A stretch of DNA of 63,180 nucleotides, filler included, from Octopus bimaculoides (lineage: Eukaryota), in the NCBI RefSeq assembly GCF_001194135.2. It is 6 parts of 5 records of this genome, joined end to end, with 100 filler letters (N's around TTAATTAATTAA, not from the genome) between each part and the next. Parts side by side here need not be neighbours in the genome. Positions count along the whole stretch, not along the records: positions 1 to 18,173 come from NC_068988.1; positions 18,274 to 28,678 come from NC_068993.1; 4 more parts are not named here. One strand, given 5' to 3'. The translations under genes and the position numbers were made by a program. Positions 10,600-24,253 of the stretch are shown in pieces. The notes under the pieces are model-generated. The model saw only the letters and a list, made by a program, of their open reading frames with translations. It was not told where the DNA came from and did no database searches. Every line of letters starts with the position of its first letter. Position 1 is the stretch's first letter.

Positions 10600-12790
10600 T
10601 GATGATGCTGATTAAAGATATTGTATCAACCGGGGGTTTGTCTGTCAAGTCACAAGGACCTCAGACAGACAGTACTTTACGCAATATGCGTGCAGCTCCA
10701 AGTAATGCCGATTTTTTCAATGCACCTGGATTGTAAGGTATTTCTAAAGTTTCCAGATATTTTTTTCTTTTCAGGTTGGCTGGTATTGAAGCCAATGCTC
10801 TGATGGCAATAATGGCAAATTCCATGTTTGACTCTTGTAGCTGCCACAACTTGGCATTTTCAATTCTGAGGTCTCCATATTTATCCATCTTTTCTCTTTC
10901 TTTCATGATAATAAGTTGATCTCTTGGCACTGCCATGTCAATTGTAAGGCACTCTTGTTTGTCCCTCCTAAAAAGTTACTATATCCGGTCTTCGGTGCTC
11001 TAAAACCTTGTCTGTCTGGAAGTTAAAGTCCCAGAGGATTTTTGACTTCCTTTTTTCATCCATTACCTTTTCCGCCGTATATTGTTACCAAGCACCCGTT
11101 ACCTCGTATACATACTTACGGCATAATGGCTAGTGAAGGTTTTGGGCTGCTTGTTGTGTCTACGCTTGTACTCTTTCTGCGCAAGACTTTCACAAGCACT
11201 AACAATGTGAGTCACGCTTTCGACCCTCTTCCCACACATTCTGCAGAAGTTAGTTGCACTTGTGTGATATATATCTCTCTTCACCGAGTTGCCTGATCCT
11301 GGGCAGCGACGGTAAGGCTTTCAGTATCTTACTTAGGGCATCCTAGGTAAGCCATCTCCATGATGCTTCCTGGTCTTTTAATTTGTAAGTTTCACGGTGG
11401 AACTGACCATGTAATTCCATACGGAGTAGGGTTTCTTCTCTCTCGTTGTGTGTTCTTGTACGGAATTCATCAGCACTCTCAAATCCATTTTTGTTAACTC
11501 CTTCTGCATTAGCAGCATACTGTAGCTGGTCTTCTTTGCTGTTTGCCAAATATTCTGCCATGTTTCTTCTTTCTCACTGTTGATACACTCTTGTACGCTA
11601 ATCAGCCCACATCTACCTTTACCTCTCTTCGTGTAGAGCCTGTGTACATTTGCCTTAGGGTGGAAGGCACCATGCATTGCCATTGTCTTTCGGATAGTGC
11701 GATAGAGTTGGTTCATCTCCGCTTGTGTCCATTTCAGGATGGGGATACTCCAGCGGACTACAGCAGCTGCCTAAGTATCATGTTGATGGCAGTCACAAGG
11801 TTCTTTAGGTTGAGTTTTGATTTCAAGAGAAGTTTGAGGAGCTTAAAATATGCAGTGATGATCTTGTCTTTCATTCCTCTGTGCAAGATATTTCACATTT
11901 CCAGGATCCCAAGGTACATGTACCCATCATCATGTGGGTCTTCCATTCTCTCTCCGTTTGGCAATTCTATGCTCCTACAATCTACTCTTTCTCCCGCTTC
12001 AAAGTAAGCACTGTACATTTGGAGATACCGAATTCCATCCCTATATCCTTGCTGCATATTTGCAGTCTCAACCAATCTCTCCATTTCAGGCTCTGCTTTT
12101 GCGAACAGTTTTATAATTACCCATGAAGAGAAAGTGATTGAGACGAGGTCCATTCTGTTTTAGCTCATAGTGCACGTTGACTTTGCGTAAGACTGCTGAA
12201 AGAGGGATGAAGGATATAACAAATAAGAGAGGAAGATACCTCTTTCGATTGTTACATCGGCTAAGTGCTGGTTGTTACAGAAAAGACATGTTTTCCAACT
12301 AGGCATGCTGTTCTTCATCAGTGCACACACGTTCCCAGCTCTTCCACACATGTCGAGTGTTTCCAAAATCCACGAATGCGGCAATATGTAAGCCTTTTTG
12401 AAGTCTATCCAGGCCATGCACAAGTCTTATTTGGTACCGTTTACAGTTCTTCATTACAACCTTGTCTATCACAAGGTGGTCTTTGGAGCCATTTCGGTAT
12501 CTCTTTTGTTCTACTGGAAGGAGATTGTTTTCCGCAAGGAACAGATATATTTTCCCTGCGAGGATGCCTGTTAACACTTTCGATAGGAGGCTAAGACAAG
12601 CAATGGGTCGGTAATTGCCAACCTCGTTGCCCTTTGACCAATCTTTCATTAACCATGTTGTCTTTCCCTCTGTAATCCACTCCGGAACTGCACCGCTCTG
12701 TAAGCAATTGTCTAATTACAACGCAATTTACTTGTGTGTTGACCTAAACCACTTGAGCCAGTAGCCTTGAATTCCGTCTAATACAGTCAC
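10600..12790 (-). mobile_element. R4/Dong-clade LINE copy A (RT, CCHC finger, PD-(D/E)xK restriction-like endonuclease), degenerate
   Basis: NYRPIACLSL, WIDFKKAY..PHSWI, YLGILE; CRMCGKRVESVTHIVSAC; ILWDFNFQTDKVLEHRRPDIV..IDMAVP..KMDKY; C-terminus AALLGAARILRKVL. Confidence 0.9.
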
Positions 12791-12799
12791 TTTCCAGTT

Positions 12800-13500
12800 T
12801 GAAAACTGCATTGTCATTGTCTTTTGGGTAGTGCGATCAACTTGGTTGATCTCCGCTTGTGTCTATCTAAGGACGAGTACACTGTAGTGGACTACAGTAA
12901 CAGTCCATATGTAGACGGCAATCACAAGGTTCCTTGAGTTGAGCTATGATTTTAAGAGAAGTTTCAGGCGCTTAAAATATGCAGTGATGAACTTGTCTTT
13001 CATTTCTCTGTGCAAGATATTGTCCAGCTCCAGGATCCCAAGGTACTTGTACCCATCATCATGCGGGTCTTCCATTCTCTCTCCATTTGGCAATTTTATG
13101 CCCCTAGAATTTACTCTTTTCCCCCGCTTCAAAGTAAGCATCGCACATTTCAAGATACCGAATTCCATCCCTATATCCTAGCTGCATATTTGCACAATCT
13201 CAACAAGCCACTCCATTTCAGGCTCTGTTTTTCGAACAGTTTTAAATCATCCATGAAGAGAAAGTGGTTGAGACGAGGTCCGTTCTTTCTCAGCTCGTAG
13301 TGCACGCTGATTTTATATAGGCCTACAGAAAGTGGGATCAAGGCTATAACAAATAACAGAGGTGAACAAGAGTCACTTTGGAAGATACCTCTTTTGATTG
13401 TTACTTCGGCTAAGTGCTGGTTGTTACAGGAAAAGCGTATTTTCCAACTAGGCATTCTGTTCTTAATCAGTGCACACAAGTGCTGGTAGTTGGTTGCTGA
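12800..13500 (-). mobile_element. R4/Dong-clade LINE copy B (RT fragment)
   Basis: RGIFQSDSCSPLLFVIAL, HFLFMDDLKLF, YKYLGILE; parallels copy A 11690-12330. Confidence 0.85.
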
Positions 13501-13589
13501 TACATCCAAATGCACCAATTACTATTGGTACCACGTCTACTCTCGTCATTCACCACAACCTTCGTAGTTGCTACTTCAAATCGTCATAG

Positions 13590-16500
13590 TTATTCATTTT
13601 TTATTGTTGTTGATTTCATATACACTCAACAGACTAGACTGTTGGGAAAGAAAAGAATCCTAACATCGGGCTACAACAAGTAGCCTTAGATGCCAAGAAC
13701 CTTCCTATTGGATTACAGCAAGTAACCTTAGACGCCAAGAACCCTACTAAGTATCCTAGCTGTCCCTAATAACACTGTTTTCTAGAGCTGTACTAGAAAA
13801 CTAAACTGAATTTTATACCTATTCCCTCTATCCATCTGCTCAGATCTTTAGGGATAGTTCCCAATGCACCTATAACTACTGAGGTACATTTTAGCTGCAC
13901 TTTCCATAGTCTCTGTAATTTAATAACTAAGTCCTGGTACTTTACTATTTTTTCTATACCTATCATATTAATTTTTTCATCATTTCTTATTGTGAAGTCA
14001 ATTTATCTGGCACTCTCTATTCTCTTTATCTACTACTACCAAAGCTTCTATTACTCTGTCAGTCTGAATGTTAAAGTCCCACAACTTCTTGTATTTCTTA
14101 CTTTCTAGTACTTTACTAGGTTCATGTTCATACCATTTATCAGTATGTTCAAATCCTAGCCTCTACATAACTCCCAGTGGATTACTCTCCCTATGTCTCT
14201 TCTTGTATTCTTTCTGTGCCGGCATACAACATTCACTTTTTATATAAGTAACGCTTACCTCTTTTGCTTTGCATAATCTACATTGGGAATCTACTTGGTT
14301 TTTGTCTATCGTGATTTTTATCCAACTAGTCCTTAATACTTGATTTTGTGCAGCTACTAACAAATTTTCTGTCTCACTCTTCAGCTTTCCCTTCTGCAAC
14401 CATAACCATGCCTCATTACTACTGTTTGTTGCAACTTTCTTTGGAAATCTACCATGCAACGTCTTCTCCTGCCAATCAGACAGTTTCTGTTCTTTTTTTT
14501 ACTTTTAAGTTCGTCGGGGTTTTTGGTTTCCCTATGTCTTGCTGTGACTGTAGCAGCTTTTAATAAACTTTCTTCACTTTTACCTACATAGGAGTCTATA
14601 TCTACTCTAGCTAACTCCACGCAGTCTTCTACTGATATTTACCCTCTTCTGACTTCCTTTCTAGGTAGGTATAATCTTGCTACTCCTGCCCTTGGGTGGA
14701 GTCCTCCTTTCATATCGAATTCCTTCCTAGTTCTTCTGTCTAGCTACAAAAAGTGCTGATTATCTAAATAATGATACTGTCCAAGTATTTACAGTATTCA
14801 CTTAGCTTAGATTTAATTAACTTCCTCACCCTTCTGATGTACTTCTTCTCAAGCTTCGTTTTCATTTCTGTAGTTAGTACACTGTCAGATTTTAATACTC
14901 CTAGATACTTATAACTTTCTCCTCCTTTCGATGATTTCAGTGTCTGGCCAACTGGTAATTGGATATCTTCGCAGTTAACTACTTGTCCGCCTTCTCATGG
15001 CTAATATTGCACTCTTACCTATGCCTAATTCCATGCCTATATCTTTGCTGAAGAGTCTTACAGTCTGTATTAAGGAATCTATCTCTTTTTCAGTTTAACT
15101 GAAATGCTTCAGATCATCCATGTAGAGCAAATGGTTAGTTTTTTCCCTTACTATTTCTGAACTGAAACCCTGCTTTTGCCTTCCTTAATACTAATCTGAG
15201 GGGGATCAAACATAGAACAAATATTAAAGAATACAATGAGTCCTCCTGGAAAATTCCTCTATTGATATTAACTTTCCCGAAGAGTGTGTCACCTGAGTAT
15301 AGATCTACTTTCCATTTCTTCATGCTAAAGCTAATTAATTCTCTTATGTTGTCTGCTATACTGAACATACTCAGACATTCACTTATCCATGAGTGTGGGA
15401 TCATGTCATAGGCATTCCTATAATCTATCCATGCTAGATTTTTCTTTCTAGTTTTTACTTCATTTAGAACTGCTTTGTCTATATATGATAGATCATGCTT
15501 TCCCATAGCATTCTGCAACATTTCTCTTCTTCTGGTAGTAAATTCTGGTTGTCAAGGTGCTCATAAATGCTTTCTGAAAGCATTCCTCTTAACAGCTTCC
15601 GCACTAATGGTAAGCAAGTGATTGGTGTATAATTGCTAGCTGCATTACTCTTGCTCTTATCTTTCATAAGAAGTATTGTCCTCTCTCTAGTCATCCAATT
15701 TGGTATTATTCCTCCATCAAGGAAATCCTGAAGTTGTTCCTTCAGCCTCCCATGTAAACGACTGAATTTCTTTAGCCAGTATACTTGAATTCAATTTGGT
15801 CCTGGGTCCTTCCAATTCGGCATTTTCCAAATACTTTACTCATTAATGCACTATTAAATATTAGATCTGGTTGCTTCTCACTCACTACTTCTTCCCTCAC
15901 TTTCTTTAACCATTATGCATCTCCATTATGATTGACTGGCTTATCCCAAATATTACTCCAGAACTTTCTAGCTTCTTCTGCATTAGGTTTCTCATCTTCA
16001 GTACCTCGTTCTCCACTATTTTTTTTAGTTTTCCAGGCTTTTATTCTGCTTAGATCATGTCTTAAAGTCTTCACTTTATTTTGTAGTATCCTTTTCCACA
16101 TTTGTTCTTTTTTAGTCTTTACCTGTGAGATATCTAATCTAGTGGCTACTACCCCTCTTGCATAGATCAATAAGTTAGTGACTCCTATATTTTTAGTATC
16201 TATCCTACTGATAACAGAATCTACTTTCCTAGTAATTTCTAGCAGCTTCCTTCTGCTGGTGCTTTTTAATACTGGCAGTCTTCTTACTTCTTTACACATT
16301 AATTTCTGCATCTCATCTAAAATCTTTTGATCTTACTCCTTTAAGAAACTTAAGTCGTTGGTACCAGTTGTCCCTTCCTTATCGGTAGCGTTATTATTAT
16401 TTTCCCTTTAGGTTCTTCTTTGATTTGAGCTGTATCTCTTATGTTATTTGTCTTTCTCACTCCCTGGTCTTTCTTTTCCAGTTTTCTAGTGATCTCTTCT

Positions 16501-17297
16501 ACCTCCAGTTCTGTCATCCACTTTCTTCTACTAGTAACATTATCTTGATCAACTTATCTCTGCTCAGTCACTTTAAACATACCCTTCTCTACTCAATGTG
16601 TTAACATCCGTTTTCTATTGTCCCTTCTTTTAGGTTCACTTTCTAAGTAGCCCTGCATCACTATCCTGTTTTCTTCGCTAGTCTACTTCCTCCTGCCTAC
16701 TCTATTATCTGCTGATGCTGTATTAGGATAACAACTACAGCAGTCTGCATCTTTACTGAACCACTGTCAAGAGAGATGCCTTCCCATAAAGGTCCAGCTT
16801 CATTTTCGCTGCTACAATCAGAGTTTCTCCGGAAACTCCTGTCTCTCATACACTGAGGTAAGGTAACGTTGGTCACCATCGTTATTACCACTATTATTTT
16901 GCGACATCTGGAAATTTCAAGCAACCTTCTATTGCATCATTTGCTGCTGGTGGGGTGGTGTTTGCTGCACTTTTTGGGCGGTGGTGGGATATTGTATTGT
17001 ATCAGAACGTTTTGTTATGGGGTTTGGTTTGAGTTTCCTGTTGTATTAGTTTTTATATTGTGTTGTTTGTGCAACGCAGCTTGTGTTCTTCTGTCGGGTA
17101 TCGGCCTTCTAGAGCATATGTTGTGAGTTTTGTTCATTTCGTTGGGCATTTACGGAATGAGTTTATTCCTGTATGTTTTTGGTGGGGTGTTGCATAGTAG
17201 TGTGTGTGTGTAACTCGTAAATCAACTATTTTATAGTATTTATGATTATCCGTCCGCCGTTCTTTCTCTTTTGGTTGCTTTTGTAATGGGTTCCGTT
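13590..17297 (-). mobile_element. R4/Dong-clade LINE copy C, near full-length but degenerate
   Basis: KFWSNIW, NYTPITCLP, WIDYRNAYDMIPHSWI, RGIFQEDSL, CRLCKAKEVSVTYIKSEC, LWDFNIQTD, KTVLLGTARILSRVL; the 5' extent (16700-17297) is less certain; abuts (TTA)n at 17297-17310. Confidence 0.85.
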
Positions 17298-17308
17298 AAT
17301 TATTATTA

Positions 17309-18173
17309 TTGGACCATCCCGTAATTAATGCGGTTTTTTCAATTTCATGAACTAAAAGTCGGGGTGGAGCGGGATAGACTACCTGCATCAATTCCCTATA
17401 AAAGTAGGTAGTAATTTTACCTTGTATTTATTCTTCGTGCAAGTTTTGAAGAGTGCAGTTCGATTATTTTTTCAAAGCTGCAATGGAAGTGACAAGGGAG
17501 CATATTCGGTATATTTTGCTTTATGAGTTCGACAAAGGCAACAACGGAACGGAAAGTGCGAGGAATATTAATACAGTAAATGGGGATCGGACAATAAATG
17601 TAAGCCAATGTCAACGGGACTTCTAGAAATTCCGAGCCGGAAACTACAGCTTAGAAGATGAGCCTCGTTCCGGAAGATTTGTAGAGCTCGACGAGGACGT
17701 CCTGCAAACCCTGGTGGAATAAAATCATATCGCAACTGTTGATGAACTAGCAGAGAAGCTTGGATTTAGTCATTCAACGATTCATCGATACCTGCACTCT
17801 TTGGTTTCAAGACGAAAGGTGTTCTTCCATCAGGATAATGCTCGGCCACTTACAACGAGGATGACATTCCAAGGCCTGGAGCAGTTTGAATGAAAATGAT
17901 GCCCCACCCACCATATTCGCCGGACACTGCCCCATCTGATTATTATTTATTCCGCAGCCTTGAAAATCGCTTCGACAGAAGAAATATGAATTCTATAGAT
18001 GAGGTCAAAACAGTACTGGAGGAGTATTTTTCGTCACGAACAAGTGATTTTTGGAAGAGGGGCCTTACAGGTCTTCCAGATAGATGAAAGAGCAATATAA
18101 AATGTGAAGGAGAGTATATTTTAGATTAAAAGAGAACTTTGTTTATCTTAATTTTGAAAAATAAAAGAAGTAT
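17309..18173 (+). mobile_element. Mariner (DD34D) element, internally deleted; transposase pseudogene 17483-18129
   Basis: MEVTREHIRYILLYEF..SLEDEPRSGR; FHQDNARP; HPPYSPDTAPSDYYLFRSL; 5' TIR-like ttggaccatcccgtaattaatgcgg after TA; 3' end in gap. Confidence 0.9.
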
Positions 18174-18273
18174 NNNNNNNNNNNNNNNNNNNNNNNNNNN
18201 NNNNNNNNNNNNNNNNNTTAATTAATTAANNNNNNNNNNNNNNNNNNNNNNNNNNNNNNNNNNNNNNNNNNNN

Positions 18274-18304
<31 letters not shown>

Positions 18305-18372
18305 AATATATAATTGTAATTTACAGAAAAACAAGTAGGTGTATTAGTTTGAATCTCGGGAAGGTTAGAAAG

Positions 18373-18410
18373 TCTTCTATGATTCGAGCTTACGCTCTTC
18401 AACAGAAAGT
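18373..18410 (-). ncRNA. Degenerate Penelope-type hammerhead motif
   Basis: ACUUU-CUGUUGA-A-GAGC[GUAA]GCUC-GAA-UCAU-A-GAAG; core substitutions make activity unlikely. Confidence 0.45.
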
Positions 18411-18801
18411 CGCACGATGAAATAAACAGAGAATATATATCTACAAACATGCATGTATATACATACACATACATACACAACACACACACATATATATATG
18501 TAATTGCCAACCAAGTGTGGCATCATATACAGGACAGTGCTACTGACGTTTATATCCTCAGGAAGACATCTCCTCCAGCTGGCTAACGACACACATTCTG
18601 TGTCCGATTAGTGTGTGTGTGGAGAGGTCATCGCTCCCATCTGTAGTCTTACGTGATACACGCGGACTTGAGTTCTTGGGTTGTTACTCGTCATCAGTGT
18701 TTGTTAATCACAATCTAGGGATGAAAACTCATTCCACTCGCAAAATACAATGTGCTTTTTCTAGCGGCAAACTGTCGCTGATTTCGAAAAAGGAGAAATA
18801 A

Positions 18802-19066
18802 GCTGTATTCAATCTCTGAGCGAGAAATACACAGTAGCAGTAGGGAATCGTAACATATAATTGCCAACCAGTTGTTGCATCCTATACAGGACAGTGCTAA
18901 TGACATTTATAACCTCAAGAAAATGACCTCTCCTCGCTGGAGATGTCTTCCTGGGGGTATAAACGTCAGTAACACTGTCCTGTACAGGACACCACATTTG
19001 GTTGGCAATTATATATAACGAATTCGTACTGCTACTGTTTATATCTCGCTCAGAGATTTAATACAG

Positions 19067-19067
<1 letters not shown>
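18802..19067. mobile_element. Foldback/MITE with ~130-bp imperfect inverted arms
   Basis: gctgtattcaatctctgagcgaga... / ...tctcgctcagagatttaatacagc; extra half copy at 18501-18574. Confidence 0.8.
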
Positions 19068-19105
<38 letters not shown>

Positions 19106-19115
19106 NNNNNNNNNN

Positions 19116-19153
<38 letters not shown>

Positions 19154-20125
19154 GCACATACATAAATACACAATTTTTTTTCCTAGCAGACTGGTGGTTG
19201 AACCTGTAACATATAAATTTGTTTGAAGTAGGGTATTTCTAATTGAATATAACATGTGACGATCTTTACCTAAAGTATAAACAATTATTCTCGATTTAAC
19301 TCCTTTTCAGCATGTCTAAAGTTCCGTCTTATTCATTTTTGATGTAAATTTAGTTATTGCTGTACGTTATTTTTTTGAAATTTCATAGATGTTTCTGATC
19401 TCTGTGATAAAACATTAAAAAAAATAAAAGATTCAACGAGGAATTTTTTTCTGTCTCAGGAAAATAAGTTTTTAAATTCTGATCAACAAATACCAGATGT
19501 GCCATACAAATTGTTGTTCTGCGTTTGCCACCACTACATCGAATGCGGGTGCATACCGTTGTGTCCGTTGCTCTCCGTTGCTCTCCGTGGATTATAAAAA
19601 ATAAATAACTAATAGATAAAAATAAAATTGTTAAAAAAGGACTTACATTTTCGCAACAACATTAATCATTCTAGTATGTGTTGTTTTGAGTATCCTTCCT
19701 CGAATTATATGTAGATATATATGTATCTGGATTTTCATCACATCTCATACAGATTAATGTTAATGAAGTGTATCAGCTTATGTAGGTATATATTCGCATG
19801 TGTATTGCTGCAATCGGGCAGAATTGTTAGCACACCGGTTTAAACGCTTAGCGTATTTCTTATTTACTTGTTCATGATTCACCTCTTTCAGGACCTGCTC
19901 CTCAAGTGTTCAGAAATATCTTATGGACCGTATATTTAATATAATGTGCGTTTCTAGATTAACCCAAGGGCTAATAATATGCTCAGTAGTAAAGTTCTGC
20001 CTGTACTTCAGTACAAGATCTTGTTGCTGTGCATGCATTTTAATTTTGACCCAACCTGGTGTGTTACCATTTAAGTGCCTGATTCACGTGAATCCTGATA
20101 TATTGTACATACATTCCTACATACG

Positions 20126-20157
<32 letters not shown>

Positions 20158-20167
20158 NNNNNNNNNN

Positions 20168-20224
<57 letters not shown>

Positions 20225-21559
20225 GGTTACTAAAATGAAGATTATGAAGTTTAGTATGGTTAACAAAAGATTTTCTCAAACTTTCATACTATAAGGAAGA
20301 AATCGTATTAGCAATTTCAAGCTTAATGTCAGATGAGAGATTAGCCAATTTCGTTTTAAGTTTGGCATCAGGTATGTAGAAAATATGATCATAAAAACCG
20401 CTTAATTTTAGGGCTTGATTATAAAATGGGGCATCTGCATATAAAATCTCCTCGTTTGCTGATAGGTTGGAGGTTCTAATAGAGATAGCCGTAATGATAC
20501 TAGCGAGGGTTAATTTTGGATTGTTAGAGGAAACATATATTGTAATGTTTGATTTGGTTTCCGGTAAGGGTAATATAACTTCCTATTTAAATTATTTAAA
20601 TTAAGGGTGACATCCAGACAATTCACAATTTTTGCGTTAATATCAAATATAACATTGAGATTAAAAAAAACAGACGTTCTCTGCAAATGAATTTTAAGAT
20701 TAACTTTTTACACAGAGGACTGAACTCTGAAACAGCCGTAGGAATATTTTCTTTTAATATGTAACCTAAAACGTTTTTTGACACCTAATATTTTCTCTTC
20801 GCTATATTTTTAATTCTTTTCTAGAAAAAAATAAACGTTTTTATCTACAACCTTATACTTCATTATATTCACATATTTATATGTCCATATACATTTATTC
20901 ATATATTTTAATATTACAGAGATGTACTTGTATAGCAAGTGACCTGATCTGAGACCGTGTGCTGGGACGAAAACAATTGCAGCGTGGAAGGTGTTTATAT
21001 ATTTTTTAGTTTCATACATATTTTTATATGTATTTTTAATATATCAATATGTGTTTTTATCTTAATTAAATCCGTATACATAGGCGTTCATTGTAGTTTG
21101 CCTGATTTGAACTTTCTCAATTCCATTTATTATAAATAAATATATATAAATATATGCGCGTGTATAGTAAATATATATATATATTTACTATACATATGTG
21201 CTTGTATTCATATGCGTATGTAATTAATATCATTGTTGTCGATGCTGCTTTTTTGCTGTTGTTATTCTTCTGATAACTACTACTACTACTTGACGTTATT
21301 TATCATTGATATATGATAACGTTGAAGGCATATGTTTCCAAAATGGAAATACAATTTGATACATTTTGGTTTTGGGGGCAATGAAATGATTAAAGCCCAA
21401 CGTAAAATGCTGCAAGTTATGAAAGATTTAACTGGAAATGGTTCGATATGTAAAGTGAGAAGTGAAAATTCGAACTGGGGAAACATAGGTAAATGATACA
21501 TTTCTTTCCCGAGTTCTCTATACTCATAAGGCAGGTTTTCTGGTTTCTGTGGCGTATAT

Positions 21560-21745
21560 ATTACCCATCTGGATGGGAGGCCGGTCCACTGCAGGTTTAC
21601 TCATTTGTCTCAGCTGATTGGACTAGAGCAACGTGAAATGAAATATTTTGCTCAAGAGCACAATGCATCACCCGTTCCAGGAATGGAAAGCATAATCTTA
21701 CCAGTATGAGTACAACTCCCTAACGACTAAGCCACATGCCTGCGC
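21560..21745 (-). mobile_element. Degenerate tRNA-derived SINE (family D)
   Basis: ggactagagcaacgtgaaatgaaatattttgctcaagagcac...; related copy at 30478-30595 (+). Confidence 0.6.
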
Positions 21746-21850
21746 AAGCTGGAGAAAATGTCATAGCTTAACACATGAAGACTTCATGAAAAAGGTCGTT
21801 TAGTGAGAGGAAGTCAAGCGATTCATTTTAAAGTACCTGAAAACTGGTTA

Positions 21851-22012
21851 GGCGCAGGATTGGCTGTGTAGTAAGTAGATTGCTTACCAACAACATGGTT
21901 CTTAGTTCAGTCCCACTGCGTGGCAACTTGAGCAAGTGTCTTCTAGTATAGCCTCAGGCCGACCAAAACCTTGTGAGTGGATTTGGTAGACGGAAACTGA
22001 AAGAAACCCGTA
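21851..22012 (+). mobile_element. SINE family A, 5' half
   Basis: ggcgcaggattggctgtg...ggttcttagttcagtcccactgcgtggcaacttgagcaagtg. Confidence 0.85.
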
Positions 22013-22015
22013 GTA

Positions 22016-22052
<37 letters not shown>

Positions 22053-22827
22053 NNNNNNNNNNNNNNNNNNNNNNNNNNNNNNNNNNNNNNNNNNNNNNNN
22101 NNNNNNNNNNNNNNNNNNNNNNNNNNNNNNNNNNNNNNNNNNNNNNNNNNNNNNNNNNNNNNNNNNNNNNNNNNNNNNNNNNNNNNNNNNNNNNNNNNNN
22201 NNNNNNNNNNNNNNNNNNNNNNNNNNNNNNNNNNNNNNNNNNNNNNNNNNNNNNNNNNNNNNNNNNNNNNNNNNNNNNNNNNNNNNNNNNNNNNNNNNNN
22301 NNNNNNNNNNNNNNNNNNNNNNNNNNNNNNNNNNNNNNNNNNNNNNNNNNNNNNNNNNNNNNNNNNNNNNNNNNNNNNNNNNNNNNNNNNNNNNNNNNNN
22401 NNNNNNNNNNNNNNNNNNNNNNNNNNNNNNNNNNNNNNNNNNNNNNNNNNNNNNNNNNNNNNNNNNNNNNNNNNNNNNNNNNNNNNNNNNNNNNNNNNNN
22501 NNNNNNNNNNNNNNNNNNNNNNNNNNNNNNNNNNNNNNNNNNNNNNNNNNNNNNNNNNNNNNNNNNNNNNNNNNNNNNNNNNNNNNNNATCCCTATGGAT
22601 CACACAGGTTGCAATCCTTTGAAACATATGTAGGAATAAAGTATGCAATGATAACATGCGTTTTCTCCAATCCTTAAATTCTTAAATATACTCAAATACC
22701 CAAAATTTCATGGAGTTCCTGCCTTAAAAACGAACTAAACCACAGTTATTTTGTGTTCTTTGCTACATTGGTTTCTATTAACCCATTTATTCTATCAGAA
22801 GAATTTTTATTCATTAAGATAGAAGAA

Positions 22828-23097
22828 ATACACATAATTATATATATATATATATGTGTATGTGTGTGTATATGTTTTTGTGTCTGTTTCTGTCCCCCCA
22901 ACATCGCTTGACAACCGATGTTGGTGTGTTTACTTGCCCCGTAACTTAGCGGTTCGGCAAAAGAGACCGAGAGAATAAGTACTAGGCTCACAAGGAATAA
23001 GTCCTGGGGTCGATTTGCTCGACTAAAAGGCGGTGCTCCAGCATGGCCGCAGTCAAATGACTGAAACGAGTAAAAGAGTAAAAGAGTTAAAGAGTAA
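22828..23097 (+). mobile_element. SINE family A, 3' half
   Basis: (TA)n/(TG)n core then caacatcgcttgacaacc...ccagcatggccgcagtcaaatgactgaaac(gagtaaaa)n. Confidence 0.85.
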
Positions 23098-23720
23098 GCT
23101 ATGTTTTGTGACAGAAAGTGGCAATATTGGTTACTGCAGCATGCATCCTGTAAATAATTGTTTGTAAAATAGACTTCCTCTAAAGAGGATAGAAAGTACT
23201 GAGCTATAATTTGATATTACTCTCTGTATCTCTGACTCTTCAGAGAAGACAATTGATCCCATTATTGTGGGTGGTTCGCTCTCAGTAATTTAAATGTTAG
23301 TCTTCGTATTGAGCATATTTTTGTTCTTTATGACCCCAGTATATTTGAAGAATGTTTGAATATATTTTCTGTTTATATATCTGAACGAATAAGTATGTTG
23401 TTTAAATCTTGGACTTAAATATCTATAAATTAAACTTATGACAGCTTTTACAGCGTTCTTGTACTCCGTAGAGACATTTGTGGAGAACGCCATTTTCTTG
23501 AAAACATTTACTCTAATGGAAAGTTATTCGTAGGAAAGCATTTTCATCCGGGGCAGCTACTATATATCCCGTTGATTCTAGATATGAAAGCAAGAAACGT
23601 TATCAAAAGTAATATAGTGCACCATAACAAAGTTTCTGTCGAATGTTTTATGGAAATTAATATTTTGTGAGGAAGTGTTGCCTTATTAGGCATGTGTGTA
23701 TGTATGTTTGTGTATGTGTG

Positions 23721-23823
<103 letters not shown>

Positions 23824-24253
23824 ACATGTGATTGGTAAAATCCTATGTATTATCAGCCGCTTCTCCTTTGAGTTCCTGAAATCAATATTATCTCTTATCC
23901 TCATCCTCATCTCCGCTTTAACTGTAAGTCCCTGTCGCCCTCTAGGATAGCTATTGTCATAATCATCATCACAATTTCGTTAGGATTCCGTAGCCTTATC
24001 TCATTATCAATATGAACATTATCATCGCCGTTGTCATCATCATCATCAATAACATGTTTAACATCCGTTAAGCCTTTACCATCGTCATTACTATCAAAAC
24101 TATGATAATCATCTTTACGAACATAAAACTCAGGACCTTGTCTCCCGTCAACTCAAACAAGACACTAGGCACATCTACATAAACATTATCACTATTCTTA
24201 CTTCTCGGCAGTCCGATCAACTTTTTAACTTTACTATTAACTCTGCTATTCAA

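Noticed and set aside
18218-18229. TTAATTAATTAA islands inside N-runs (also ~28723, ~50628, ~58000, ~60886)
   Set aside because: Identical 12-mer with stops in all frames, always centred in gaps of the same size: a scaffolding linker, not biology.
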